Assembly (NCBI GenBank): GCA_048881705.1 | Contig: JBHLSH010000001.1 | Location: 32,001 to 96,000, forward strand | Length of the DNA stretch: 64,000 nucleotides | Direction of reading: 5' to 3' | From: Candidatus Heimdallarchaeota archaeon | GTDB taxonomy: Archaea > Asgardarchaeota > Heimdallarchaeia > Hodarchaeales > Hodarchaeaceae | In this document: positions 1 through 9,657 of the stretch, piece after piece | Position numbering within the stretch: the first letter of the stretch is position 1 | Layout: each line of letters starts with the position of its first letter | The notes under the pieces: generated by a model | Told to the model about the DNA's origin: nothing | The model's database searches: none | What the model saw: the letters and a program-made list of their open reading frames with translations, nothing else | Made by a program: the position numbers and the translations under genes

Positions 1-144
1 TCTATGGCTGGTTAAGACTAATATCCAAGAATATTACTAATCATGTTCTTTTGGCAGTCACTCTTCGAAAAAAGTCAATAAATAAAGAGAAAAGATGAAG
101 ACCCGTCTAGAAAATAGAAATCATAAAATCATCAAAGGAAGGAT

Positions 145-1065
145 GTGATTACAATGAAGATAAATAAGACACAACTATTCTACTCGTTTATCTTTTTGAT
201 TTTTATTATACTCATTATCTCGATCAATACACTTGGCTACGACACACCATTGGCCACTTTTGTGGATGAATCAACGGTTACTGGCACTTATAAACTCATG
301 TTCAACTTATTCGTGCAGCTGTTGGTTTGGATATTAATTGCTATGGTGTTGTTACTTATCTGGGGTTCTATGCTTGAAGTAATAACCCCAAGAATGACCA
401 AAACTGTTATCAACACGCTAAGAGTGTTGGGTAGAATGATAATCGTCCCTTTCTGTATTATTGCTTATTTGAACAATTTTCCTGCTTTTCAAGGGACATT
501 ATTGGGAATTTCAGCAATTTTAGGAACCGCCATTGGATTCGCTTCGACTACTACCCTAAGTAACTTCTTGGCAGGGCTTTATATTATGGCAACACGTCCT
601 TTCCTGATCGGAGATTATATCATTCTTCCTGATAGTAAAGTGGAAGGACGTGTAAAAGAGATTACCGTGAATTATACTAAAATCACGTTGCCCACTGGTA
701 ATACGATGCTGGTTTCGAATAGTAAATTTTTGGGGCAATCTATCATTAACACAAGAACCACTGAAGATTCTTTGATCCTTAAAAAAGATCAGAAATTACG
801 TTTTGTGTATCCCTTAATGTGGGGGGCTAATTCGGATGAAAAACATGTTTGGTCTGTAGAAGCCATTGAAAAAACTGGCAAGGAATTTAATCAAAAACTA
901 TCAGAGCCTATATCATGGTTTGTCTATTCGCGCAATAGACTGGATACAACTTTCCAGGTTAATTTGATCTCGAACAGTGCAACCAAGCTGTTGGATATAT
1001 CGGGGGAGTTTCTCACCGCATTGTCGAAGAATTATGATGAAACGAAGGAAAGATATAGGCATTAG
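145..1065 (+). CDS. mscS: Small-conductance mechanosensitive channel (MscS family)
   Basis: N-terminal TM helices, then MscS motif NFLAGLYIMATRPFLIGDYI...GRVKEITVNYTKI. Confidence 0.85.
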   Translation: MITMKINKTQLFYSFIFLIFIILIISINTLGYDTPLATFVDESTVTGTYKLMFNLFVQLLVWILIAMVLLLIWGSMLEVITPRMTKTVINTLRVLGRMIIVPFCIIAYLNNFPAFQGTLLGISAILGTAIGFASTTTLSNFLAGLYIMATRPFLIGDYIILPDSKVEGRVKEITVNYTKITLPTGNTMLVSNSKFLGQSIINTRTTEDSLILKKDQKLRFVYPLMWGANSDEKHVWSVEAIEKTGKEFNQKLSEPISWFVYSRNRLDTTFQVNLISNSATKLLDISGEFLTALSKNYDETKERYRH

Positions 1066-1088
1066 CCTCCTTTTGATTTGTCGTTGGC

Positions 1089-2486
1089 CTATTTACTCGT
1101 CTTTCGAAAGAGTTGCCTATTCCAGATAGCAGATTGTCGAGATTTCACAGGAGTGGGTACTAATTCGGGACCTTGTCCTGCGTTAGACCTAAAATCTTTG
1201 AATAAGAAGTTGCGCCGAGGATGTACGATAGATCCTGGAAACATAGGTTCTTTAACTCTGGCTAAAAGGGCAAGCGTAAACAGCGTAAGCATGGATCTTA
1301 TCATAAAGATTGAAACAACATTCTGTAGTATTTCTGTAAGGATACCTCCGACTAAGGCACCAATGAACATTGTCAAACCTGTTATGGTATTGTAGGCCGC
1401 AATAAGAGGGAGACGGTATTGTGGATGGATGAGATCCAGTAAAAAAACTGAAATCGATCCATTCACGATTCCCCAACCAGATCCTAGAATGATCCAAGAA
1501 ATTATACACCACAAGAATGTGGGGACGTTCAGGTAGTACGGGATAATTACTGAGATAGTTGCAAAAGAAACCAAGACGATTCCAATCAATAACGGGAATC
1601 TACGTCCATACCTATCTAAAAGCTGAACTTTACTTATATACAAACTTGCAAGGAATTGGGCAGCTGTGGTGACACTAGTAAGAATAGATGCCATGAAAAA
1701 GGAAAAGCCATAAATCTCAATCGATAGTATAACAAAGAATGGACCAGCAAGATAAACCGCAAAATAGTATATTCCCGCAAAATTACAAAAAACCCAAAAA
1801 TTTAAAAACTTAGTAAGATAAATTTTTGCGATTTTATAGAAATCCAAACGAGAGGGAGTAGAATTATAGATAATGCTATTCTCGATTATATCAGAAGGGC
1901 CGATTCTTTTCATAGACGGATTTTCGTAAACAGTTAGATGAAATAAACCAGACGAAAGGAATCCCAAAAAGATTGTCCAACCAAATGCGATCAAAAATGC
2001 GGTCTCCCATTCAAACTCTAGACTATCTGTAATAAAACTGATCAAGGTACCTCCTGCTAAAGTACCCAAAAAGACACCCAGAAGCCCAATTCGTGTAAAA
2101 AAAGTAATTCTCGACGCGCGTTCCCGCAGAGGAATCTGCTCTGCCAATATAGAACCCAGGGTTGGGGCGGCAGAAGAATGAAAAATCGCTTGAAACGTCC
2201 GAATGATAATTAAAACGGTCATCTGACCAGTCTTAAGCAACATCATGGGTATAAATAATAGTGAATTTCCAATCCAACCTAACACAACAAAGATTTTCAG
2301 TCTTCTAAGTCTCTGTGATAAATAAGCCCAAAAAAATTGGAACAAACTTGCAAGGGAAAACAACCCAGTCATTAATCCTATCTCGCTTATTGATCCTCCA
2401 ATTACGCGCGCGTATATGGGCATAAATTGGTCTACCCCTCCTCTACCAACGCTTTCAACGAAATTAGCTAAGAATAACCCCGTCAA
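1089..2486 (-). CDS. Major facilitator superfamily transporter
   Basis: About 12 hydrophobic segments in two halves; motif-A-like LLDRYGRR; soluble C-terminal tail. Confidence 0.85.
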   Translation of the reverse strand: MTGLFLANFVESVGRGGVDQFMPIYARVIGGSISEIGLMTGLFSLASLFQFFWAYLSQRLRRLKIFVVLGWIGNSLLFIPMMLLKTGQMTVLIIIRTFQAIFHSSAAPTLGSILAEQIPLRERASRITFFTRIGLLGVFLGTLAGGTLISFITDSLEFEWETAFLIAFGWTIFLGFLSSGLFHLTVYENPSMKRIGPSDIIENSIIYNSTPSRLDFYKIAKIYLTKFLNFWVFCNFAGIYYFAVYLAGPFFVILSIEIYGFSFFMASILTSVTTAAQFLASLYISKVQLLDRYGRRFPLLIGIVLVSFATISVIIPYYLNVPTFLWCIISWIILGSGWGIVNGSISVFLLDLIHPQYRLPLIAAYNTITGLTMFIGALVGGILTEILQNVVSIFMIRSMLTLFTLALLARVKEPMFPGSIVHPRRNFLFKDFRSNAGQGPELVPTPVKSRQSAIWNRQLFRKTSK

Positions 2487-3319
2487 TCTCGTGTCGGGCC
2501 GTTTGAACCGATCCTCAAGCTCAAATCCGAATTATTCACAAATGTTCCATGATCACTACTTCTTATTAAAAGCTTCCGTAGGTACTACTAAAGCAAACAA
2601 TCTCTTTTTGGATATTGTAAAATTCCTAATATCTCCAATTCTCTGTAATACAAGACAAAGTTTACTCAAATCCTAAGTTGAGAGCTGTTATTGTTAATCG
2701 TATAACTTCCTAAAGGAAAATCCTTTTCGATCTTGTGTGAATACGATGCCCAATCAGGTTTTTATTCAGCCATGACATTCTAAACGGATTTCTCCCAGCG
2801 TTAGATCGAAAAGCGTTTTTAAACACCGCAACAGGTAGAATTGTGGATTTTTTCCATGAAAACGAACAAATTTTTTACAGATTGTTGGTTCAGCTCCGAA
2901 TCTTCATAGTTTTCGGCAGTATGAACCTGAACCTTATATAAATCGTGATTAGAAAATATTCATGCTTGATGAAGTGAAATTAAACCTTAAAATGGTGCGA
3001 ATTTAACATCAACTTCTATTCACTCCATATTAAAAAAATTCCTCCCGATCTCTTACTGATAGTTAATCTGATGGGGTGATCGCGCCACTAGACATACCCC
3101 ATTAAGAGTTAAGAAGATTGAAAGGCATTGGGCACCCCGATCGATGATTATAAATCTGGAAACGAAACGAACTGCAAATGATTGGAGATCTAGGATAGCA
3201 CTCCGTTAGAAAAAGTAGTTGAATTTCACGGAAAAAAGGATGAAAGTTGTACTGTAGGTCTGTGTTTGAAGGAATTCAATAGAATTTTGTTAGGGAATAC
3301 CGATCTGGAATGAAAAGTT

Positions 3320-4693
3320 ATGAAATCGAGCTCCATACGAATCCAACAAACTAAAAGCCCGTTAATCATGCTTCGAAGACCTTTCAAGGATTTCTTGAAA
3401 ACAGAAGCCTTTAGTGGTATTCTGCTCGTGATATGCACCGTACTAGCACTGGTAATCGCCAACTCTCAACTTTCACATGACTATTTTGAGCTATGGGAAG
3501 TGGATCTCGAAATCACGGTAGGTTCTTTCACTTTCGGGAAGCCATTGCATCTTTGGATAAATGATGGATTAATGGCCTTGTTTTTCTTTGTAGTCGGACT
3601 TGAAATCAAAAGAGAGTTACTTGTAGGAGAACTCAAATCGCCTAAAAAAGCTTTATTGCCAATAGCTGGCGCAATGGGAGGAATGATCATGCCTGCAATC
3701 CTATACAGTCTTATAAATCTGAATAATCCAAGTGGAGCTAGAGGGTGGGGAATTGCGATGGCTACTGACATTGCATTCGTGATCGGCGTGATGGCGCTTT
3801 TAGGTACAAGAGTACCCCATACCTTGAAAATATTTCTCACAAGTCTCGCCATTGTAGATGACATTGGTGCCGTATTAGTAATAGCGGTATTTTATTCTCA
3901 AACACTTGATTATACATTCTTGTTGATTGCCGCAGGGCTGTTTCTCTGTCTGCTTATAATTAATCAGCGAGGGGTTCAAAATCATATTGTATATGGAATA
4001 TTAGGTATATTGCTATGGTATTTTATGTTCTCAAGTGGTCTGCATGCAACACTTGCAGGGATCCTCGTTGCACTAACAGTGCCAGCTCAAACTAGAATGA
4101 ATCCAGAGGAATTCATTCAGGAAGGACAATCAATATTGGATAGATTTAAAGCAGCAGGACGTCGCGATAAAGAAATCCTCTTAAATCGACAGCATTTGGC
4201 AGCTTTAAAAACGTTAGAGCTAGCGGTTTTAGATGTTCAAACTCCTTTACAACGTTTTGAACGAGCTCTTCACTATTGGGTAGGATTTGCTGTTATGCCT
4301 TTGTTTATCTTTGCGAATGCAGGTATCACCATTGAAAGGATCGATCTTGAGATGTTTTTTGAGCCAGTGAGCTTAGGAGTCATCATTGGTTTAATCCTAG
4401 GAAAACCACTAGGAATATCTCTATTTTCATGGATCGCAGTAAAAATCGGATTGGCTGACCTACCATCAGGTTTGACGTGGAGTTATATATATGGGGGTTC
4501 GTGTTTAGGTGGAATTGGCTTTACGATGTCATTGTTTATTGCAGGTCTGGCATTAATTAGCCCAACCAATTTAATCATGGCAAAAATTGGAATAATCACT
4601 GCTTCGCTTATATCTGGAATCGTAGGATTTGTAATATTACGTTATATGGGGATAAGAGCTCAGAAAAAACATGAAGAAACCAATATACAATAA
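3320..4693 (+). CDS. nhaA: Na+/H+ antiporter NhaA
   Basis: WINDGLMALFFFVVGLEIKRE, GWGIAMATDIAF, LAIVDDIGA (DD pair), GLHATLAG, GIGFTMSLFI. Confidence 0.95.
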   Translation: MKSSSIRIQQTKSPLIMLRRPFKDFLKTEAFSGILLVICTVLALVIANSQLSHDYFELWEVDLEITVGSFTFGKPLHLWINDGLMALFFFVVGLEIKRELLVGELKSPKKALLPIAGAMGGMIMPAILYSLINLNNPSGARGWGIAMATDIAFVIGVMALLGTRVPHTLKIFLTSLAIVDDIGAVLVIAVFYSQTLDYTFLLIAAGLFLCLLIINQRGVQNHIVYGILGILLWYFMFSSGLHATLAGILVALTVPAQTRMNPEEFIQEGQSILDRFKAAGRRDKEILLNRQHLAALKTLELAVLDVQTPLQRFERALHYWVGFAVMPLFIFANAGITIERIDLEMFFEPVSLGVIIGLILGKPLGISLFSWIAVKIGLADLPSGLTWSYIYGGSCLGGIGFTMSLFIAGLALISPTNLIMAKIGIITASLISGIVGFVILRYMGIRAQKKHEETNIQ

Positions 4694-5552
4694 TCAGTTT
4701 AAGGAGATGGTAGAAATCATAAGCCAAGTTCCCTCCTTGGAAGGATTACAAGCATTTCTGACAGCTTTTACCGTTCAAGATTACGTAGTTATTTTCATTC
4801 TGGTTTGGATCTTGGGTAGGGCATTCAAATATATATTCAAAAAAACACCCCGTATCAATGCAGATGTAAAAAACGGATTACTGGTACTTGTTGCATTCTC
4901 ACAATTTACAATTTTACTCTTAGCTACCGCACTTCTACTCTCAAACCTTGGAGTTCAGTTCGAAATCATTCTTGGTTCAATGGCAATTCTAGCCACTGCT
5001 ATCGGCGTGTCGTTTACAGGAGTTGCCGCCAATTTTATAGGGGGAATGTACATTTTAACTACCAGACCATTTAGAGTGGGTGATTTTATAAAAACACAAG
5101 GGATTGAAGGAATAGTTGAAGAGATTGGGATTAATTTCACTCGTTTAACCACAATGGACAGGACGATAGTCAAGATCCCAAATGGAAATCTACTAAACAC
5201 TTCATTATTGAACTTTACAGAAAGAACCGAAAATTCGAATTTTACAACGTCCTCGGGCTTATCAAGGCAATTCGTGACCTATAAAAAGATGATTGAGTTA
5301 AAACTAGATATCACTACTCCACCTATATCGATCAAACGAGTAAGGGAAGGTGTGGATCACGTCTGTAATGAGTTTGGATCTGTGTTTGGGGTCAAACCAG
5401 AGTATTATCTTGGACGACACGACTTTAGACAGGAAATTTACCTGATTATTCGTGCAATTGATGGATATACCATTTTTAATGTGTGGCCATACTTTATGGA
5501 GAGAATTGCAACAGCGGTTTATCAAGAATTACAGCAGGAGATATCTTTATGA
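4671..5552 (+). CDS. mscS: MscS family mechanosensitive channel (true start may be ATG at 4707)
   Basis: ANFIGGMYILTTRPFRVGDFIKTQGIEGIVEEIGINFTRL...IPNGNL. Confidence 0.85.
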   Translation: MKKPIYNNQFKEMVEIISQVPSLEGLQAFLTAFTVQDYVVIFILVWILGRAFKYIFKKTPRINADVKNGLLVLVAFSQFTILLLATALLLSNLGVQFEIILGSMAILATAIGVSFTGVAANFIGGMYILTTRPFRVGDFIKTQGIEGIVEEIGINFTRLTTMDRTIVKIPNGNLLNTSLLNFTERTENSNFTTSSGLSRQFVTYKKMIELKLDITTPPISIKRVREGVDHVCNEFGSVFGVKPEYYLGRHDFRQEIYLIIRAIDGYTIFNVWPYFMERIATAVYQELQQEISL

Positions 5553-6391
5553 TTTTTCAAGATCACACGGAATTCCTTTTCACCATAGGGATCAAGATAT
5601 CTTTGATTGTCGGAATTAGTTTATTCGTATTAACTGTTCAGCGAATACTTCAAGTATTTATAGGTAGATATTTGGTTAAAAATGCCAGAATCTCTTTGGA
5701 CATGGTCAATAGTTTAAAATTGCTTGTTAGAATTGGTACACTTGTCATTATTTTTTATTCATCCCTAGTTATCTTTGAATACTCTATAGAATCTATATTT
5801 GGATTTTCAACAGTGATTGGGGCCCTAGTTTCCTTTGGATCAGTCCAATGGGTAAGTAATTTTATTGCAGGGGTTTACTTGTTATTTCTTCGGCCTTTCA
5901 GCATCAACGATTTCCTCCAAGTAGGAGCAGATATCAGAGGAACTGTGGAAGAGCTATCCTTAAACTATACCAAAATCAGGACCATAAACGGAATTTATTA
6001 CCATATTCCTAACCGGGTTGTCGTAAAATCAAACCTTAAGCTCTTTTATGGGAAAAAGAAAAGGATTATTGGGGCTGAAGGTTTAGACAGGCAGTCTAAG
6101 GACCTAGTGATACATAGATTTCGGGATTTGGCTAGGTACTTGCTCGAAGAACGAACAATACGTTATACTTTTCTCTGGGGAGCCCCCATAGGTGATATCC
6201 AGGTTTCAAAAAGAAATATACTTGAGGTGTGTGAAATTTACGCTGGAGTTTTCGGTTACACCCCCGAATATTATCTTGAATCCTTAGGGAACAGAATGTT
6301 CTTTAGATTCATCATCGAAACTCTAAATACACATTTATTAGTAGAAAATATCCATGATTTCAGAAATGACATAATATCAAAGTTTCACTAA
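5549..6391 (+). CDS. mscS: MscS family mechanosensitive channel (start refined to ATG 5549)
   Basis: SNFIAGVYLLFLRPFSINDFLQVGADIRGTVEELSLNYTKI...IPNRVV; AGGAG at 5536-5540; ATGA overlap with the upstream stop. Confidence 0.85.
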   Translation: MIFQDHTEFLFTIGIKISLIVGISLFVLTVQRILQVFIGRYLVKNARISLDMVNSLKLLVRIGTLVIIFYSSLVIFEYSIESIFGFSTVIGALVSFGSVQWVSNFIAGVYLLFLRPFSINDFLQVGADIRGTVEELSLNYTKIRTINGIYYHIPNRVVVKSNLKLFYGKKKRIIGAEGLDRQSKDLVIHRFRDLARYLLEERTIRYTFLWGAPIGDIQVSKRNILEVCEIYAGVFGYTPEYYLESLGNRMFFRFIIETLNTHLLVENIHDFRNDIISKFH

Positions 6392-6399
6392 GAAATCGG

Positions 6400-6738
6400 A
6401 TGATAATTTGTCTTCATGTCACAAATCTTTGAACCAAAGACCTAATTGCACTAATTGTAAGGCAATCCGAAGATTGGGAATTATTTGAAACCCCGAATGT
6501 AACATGAAACGATAAAGAATATGTATCCCCTGAGTGACTGTTCGTAGTCCTACGACAGTATTTAAATACAAAAAGCTCGGCAATTGATGAGGTTCTTTCG
6601 ATGAAAAAAGTCGAATCGTATCAAGATCTTTACTACGCGTGGATGCTTTTTCAAGCGCTAAGAGAATCCAGAAATCCAAGATTCATTGAACTGAGAGAAA
6701 GATTACGAACGGAAATTGAAGATTTTTGCGGAAAATAA
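6400..6738 (+). pseudogene. 112-codon ORF with three in-frame TGA codons (pseudogene or recoded)
   Basis: Manual translation MIICLHVTNL*TKDLIALIVRQSEDWELFETPNVT*NDKEYVSPE*LFVVLRQYLNTKSSAIDEVLSMKKVESYQDLYYAWMLFQALRESRNPRFIELRERLRTEIEDFCGK; fills the mscS-corA gap. Confidence 0.5.
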
Positions 6739-6794
6739 TGTCACACTGGTGATACATACACAATCAAGTTAGAAATACCATTTTTGGGACCTAG

Positions 6795-7874
6795 ATGGGC
6801 TTGTTAAGAAAGACACAATTGATTAAACGAAGGACGAAAAAGTTAGGGCTGCCTCCAGGAAGCCCCGTGTTCGTTGGTCGCAAAAAAACGGACAAAACAA
6901 CACTAACACTTCTTCGATATGATAAGGATAATTCTGAGGAAATTGGTTTAGATGAGATTAGGGAGGTTACAAGGTATGAAGAGCAAAGAAAAGTTTTTTG
7001 GATCAATATCGATGGCTTGCATGATATAAGAGTAATCGGGGAGATCGGTAACACTTTTTCTATTGATCCCCTTCTGATTGAAGATATATTAAACACTGAT
7101 CAAAGACCAAAATTAGATGAATATACCGAAACTATCTTTATCACCGTAAAAACGCTGGATTATCTCCCCGAATATGATGCAATCACAGTAGAACAGATTA
7201 GTATGGTTCTAACCAAAAATTACGTTCTTACGTTTTTGGAAGCTCCTAATGAACTTTTTGATCCAATAAAAAACCGAATTAAGAGCTATAAAGGGAAAAT
7301 CAGACACTCAGGTTCCGATTATCTCTTTTATAGCCTCCTCGATCTAATCGTAGACAAATATTTCGTGGTTTTGGAAAAGCTTAGTAATAGAATTGAAAGG
7401 TTAGAAACCGATCTAATTTCAAACCCGAACACGGAGACCTTACATACCATTTATGACCTCAAAACGAATTTACTGCATCTTCGTAGGGCCGTATGGCCCC
7501 TAAGGGATGTTGTAAGTCGTTTAGAACGAGCTGGTTCAAACCTGATTCAGACGAACACTCGCCGATACGTTCGTGACATTTATGATCATACAATTCAAAT
7601 CATAGAGACTCTAGAAATCCTGAGAGACATGATCAACGGAATGATGGAAATCTATCTTTCTAGTACTAGTAACAGAATGAATGAGATAATGAAAGTTCTA
7701 ACGATCATTGCAACCATTACAATTCCATTAACAGTTATTTCGGGAATTTATGGAATGAATTTCAGATATATGCCAGAACTAGAATGGATTTTTGGTTATC
7801 CGTTGGCACTATTATTAATGCTGATTGTAGTAATTACAATGATAACCTACTTTCGGACGAAAAAATGGTTTTAA
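6795..7874 (+). CDS. corA: Mg2+/Co2+ transporter CorA
   Basis: GLPPGSPVFVG N-terminus, FWINIDGLHD, DILNTDQRPKLDEY, C-terminal ISGIYGMNF (GMN signature) with two TM helices. Confidence 0.95.
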   Translation: MGLLRKTQLIKRRTKKLGLPPGSPVFVGRKKTDKTTLTLLRYDKDNSEEIGLDEIREVTRYEEQRKVFWINIDGLHDIRVIGEIGNTFSIDPLLIEDILNTDQRPKLDEYTETIFITVKTLDYLPEYDAITVEQISMVLTKNYVLTFLEAPNELFDPIKNRIKSYKGKIRHSGSDYLFYSLLDLIVDKYFVVLEKLSNRIERLETDLISNPNTETLHTIYDLKTNLLHLRRAVWPLRDVVSRLERAGSNLIQTNTRRYVRDIYDHTIQIIETLEILRDMINGMMEIYLSSTSNRMNEIMKVLTIIATITIPLTVISGIYGMNFRYMPELEWIFGYPLALLLMLIVVITMITYFRTKKWF

Positions 7875-7989
7875 GGTATGTATTGAACTCAAGATCTGAT
7901 TCTGTTCTTTTTTCCAGTATTTCGATCAGATATAAAGCAGCAGACAAATAGGTGTATTGATGCTAAACTTCATTAATCTTGCTAATAAG

Positions 7990-8151
7990 TTATCTTTTTT
8001 TCTTTTTTATTCGTTTAAGTTCATCTTTCAGTTCTAATTTTCTTTTCAGTAATTTCTGACGGGATTTGATACCCGTTATAGTACTCAAATGTCTATCAAT
8101 AATCTGCAATTCCTTGCTAATAGATTTCACTTTTCTATCTGTCATCTTCAT
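7990..8151 (-). CDS. Small basic helical protein (53 aa), possibly a truncated gene
   Basis: Manual translation MKMTDRKVKSISKELQIIDRHLSTITGIKSRQKLLKRKLELKDELKRIKKKKR; below the ORF-track size cut-off. Confidence 0.4.
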   Translation of the reverse strand: MKMTDRKVKSISKELQIIDRHLSTITGIKSRQKLLKRKLELKDELKRIKKKKR

Positions 8152-8617
8152 AAACTACAACAATCCATGAAATTTCCTGAATCGACCTAATGGCATATCC
8201 AAAGGAAAATGAATGAGGTAACTACTTGGACTGAATTTTTTTCATACGTTTCTCCGGCTTTACCAACTATGCTGACAGGACTCATTCCAGTGACCTTATC
8301 ATCCAGAATCTAGATTATTATTTGCCAATGATGAAATATGGAAATGAAAACAGAATCCCCCGACGGCAAATTGAGAGGATTTGAGTAAAGTGAAAAAATC
8401 AAGGAAAAACAACTCCATTCATTTTTCGATCGATTTTTGGATTTATCTGTATTTTTCGGTGAAGGGCTCATTCCTTTAAATTTACCCATCCTATTCCGCC
8501 TCATTGAGATCTAATCAACAGCGGGATCAAAAGAAATCCAATTTTAAACTCTCCTCACTTAGTTTTAAGGCGGCTATCTTCAAAATTAGGTTCAATCCAA
8601 TACCTATTAGCTAGTCA

Positions 8618-8806
8618 TTATTCGTCTTGGTATCTACTAAAATCCTCATCGTAATCCTCATAATAATCTTCATCGTCGTCCTAATCGCAATCCTCGTCAG
8701 AGTCCTCATCATCGTTCTCAGCGTGTTCTTCTGATCCGATGATTCGTTTAGTGGGTTTTATTTTACTCATTTTATATCTACCACGCTTATTCAGGATTGT
8801 GTCCAT
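8618..8806 (-). pseudogene. Acidic D/E-rich mini-protein interrupted by an in-frame TAG (8681-8683)
   Basis: Manual translation MDTILNKRGRYKMSKIKPTKRIIGSEEHAENDDEDSDEDCD*DDDEDYYEDYDEDFSRYQDE; the D/E composition continues across the stop. Confidence 0.55.
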
Positions 8807-9297
8807 GTCCGTATATATAGAAGAGCCATGAGCCAAAGAGCCAACTCAAATATATCCATATTTTAACCTTTTCAATTTTAAGAGTTAACGTATCTATCAA
8901 GATTGAGATGTGTATTGGGTGTTCGTAACCCAGCATGGGGAACGTGCCTAGTCTGGTTTCGTACACTATCCCTGTAAACAGTTTATGATAAAAACGAGGA
9001 AATAGTGGTCTGCATACTTCACTCGGTTAATCATGTACTAGTACATTCTTGTTTCGTTAAGACCGTTGAAAAACCAGCTTCCTTCAGTATTTTCATTCAG
9101 GATGCATAAGGATTTCATAAGATAGCTGTGATCTATATTTTCAGCATCAAATACTGTATGATTTAACAGCATTTAATTGAAAGACCCATGAGATGACATT
9201 TGGAGGTTAATAGCATATCATCGAACTTATGTTTACTTAGAACACCTGTTAAACTGATATGTATTAGGAAAAACCATTCAGAGGGAAAAGAATAAAA

Positions 9298-9375
9298 TTT
9301 ATAAATAATGACGGTATTTCTGTTTTCTGTGGCTCTTTTAACAGGCCCAAAACACACTAGATGGAAAAAAGGTGA
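9298..9375 (+). promoter_or_regulatory. Candidate TATA box (TTTATAAA, 9298-9305) and archaeal Shine-Dalgarno (AGGTGA, 9370-9375) of the histone gene
   Basis: Purine-rich stretch precedes TTTATAAA; AGGTGA lies 6 nt before ATG 9382. Confidence 0.45.
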
Positions 9376-9381
9376 AAGTAT

Positions 9382-9612
9382 ATGTCCAAACGAACTAAAG
9401 CAAGACGGAAGTCAGGCTTTGCCCGGGCACGAGTAGAAAAGGTGATTCGCGACGCCGGTGCATTCCGTGTATCTGCTGATGCGGTTTATCGATTGAATGA
9501 GATATTAACCGACTATGGAATGAATGTTTCGCGATATGCAGTGGATATTGCAAAGCACTCAGGACGTAGAACTGTCAAAGAAGTGGATATTCGGCTGGCT
9601 GCAAGCCAATAA
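9382..9612 (+). CDS. Archaeal histone (HMf-like fold) with short basic N-terminal tail
   Basis: FARARVEKVIRDAGAFRVSADA...AKHSGRRTVKEVDI matches the archaeal histone-fold consensus; tail MSKRTKARRKSG. Confidence 0.93.
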   Translation: MSKRTKARRKSGFARARVEKVIRDAGAFRVSADAVYRLNEILTDYGMNVSRYAVDIAKHSGRRTVKEVDIRLAASQ

Positions 9613-9629
9613 TCAATTATTTAAACCAA

Positions 9630-9657
9630 TTTTTCCCCTTTTTCTTTTTTCCTTTCT
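9630..9657 (+). terminator. U-rich archaeal terminator after the histone gene
   Basis: Pyrimidine/oligo-T run TTTTTCCCCTTTTTCTTTTTTCCTTTCT about 20 nt after the stop. Confidence 0.55.

Noticed and set aside
6419-6679. 86-aa minus-strand ORF in the ORF track
   Set aside because: Probably the antisense shadow of the TGA-interrupted plus-strand frame, which fits the operon orientation better.
8190-8654. 155-codon plus-strand frame whose only internal stops are six TGA codons
   Set aside because: The translation is not convincingly protein-like. A neighbouring frame is rich in GAN codons, which would create T|GA at codon boundaries, so an off-frame artefact of decayed coding DNA is more likely than recoding.
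8916-8932. TGGGT-GTTCGTA-ACCCA hairpin resembling a tRNA T-arm
   Set aside because: No acceptor, D or anticodon arms can be built around it; it is only a 5-bp hairpin.
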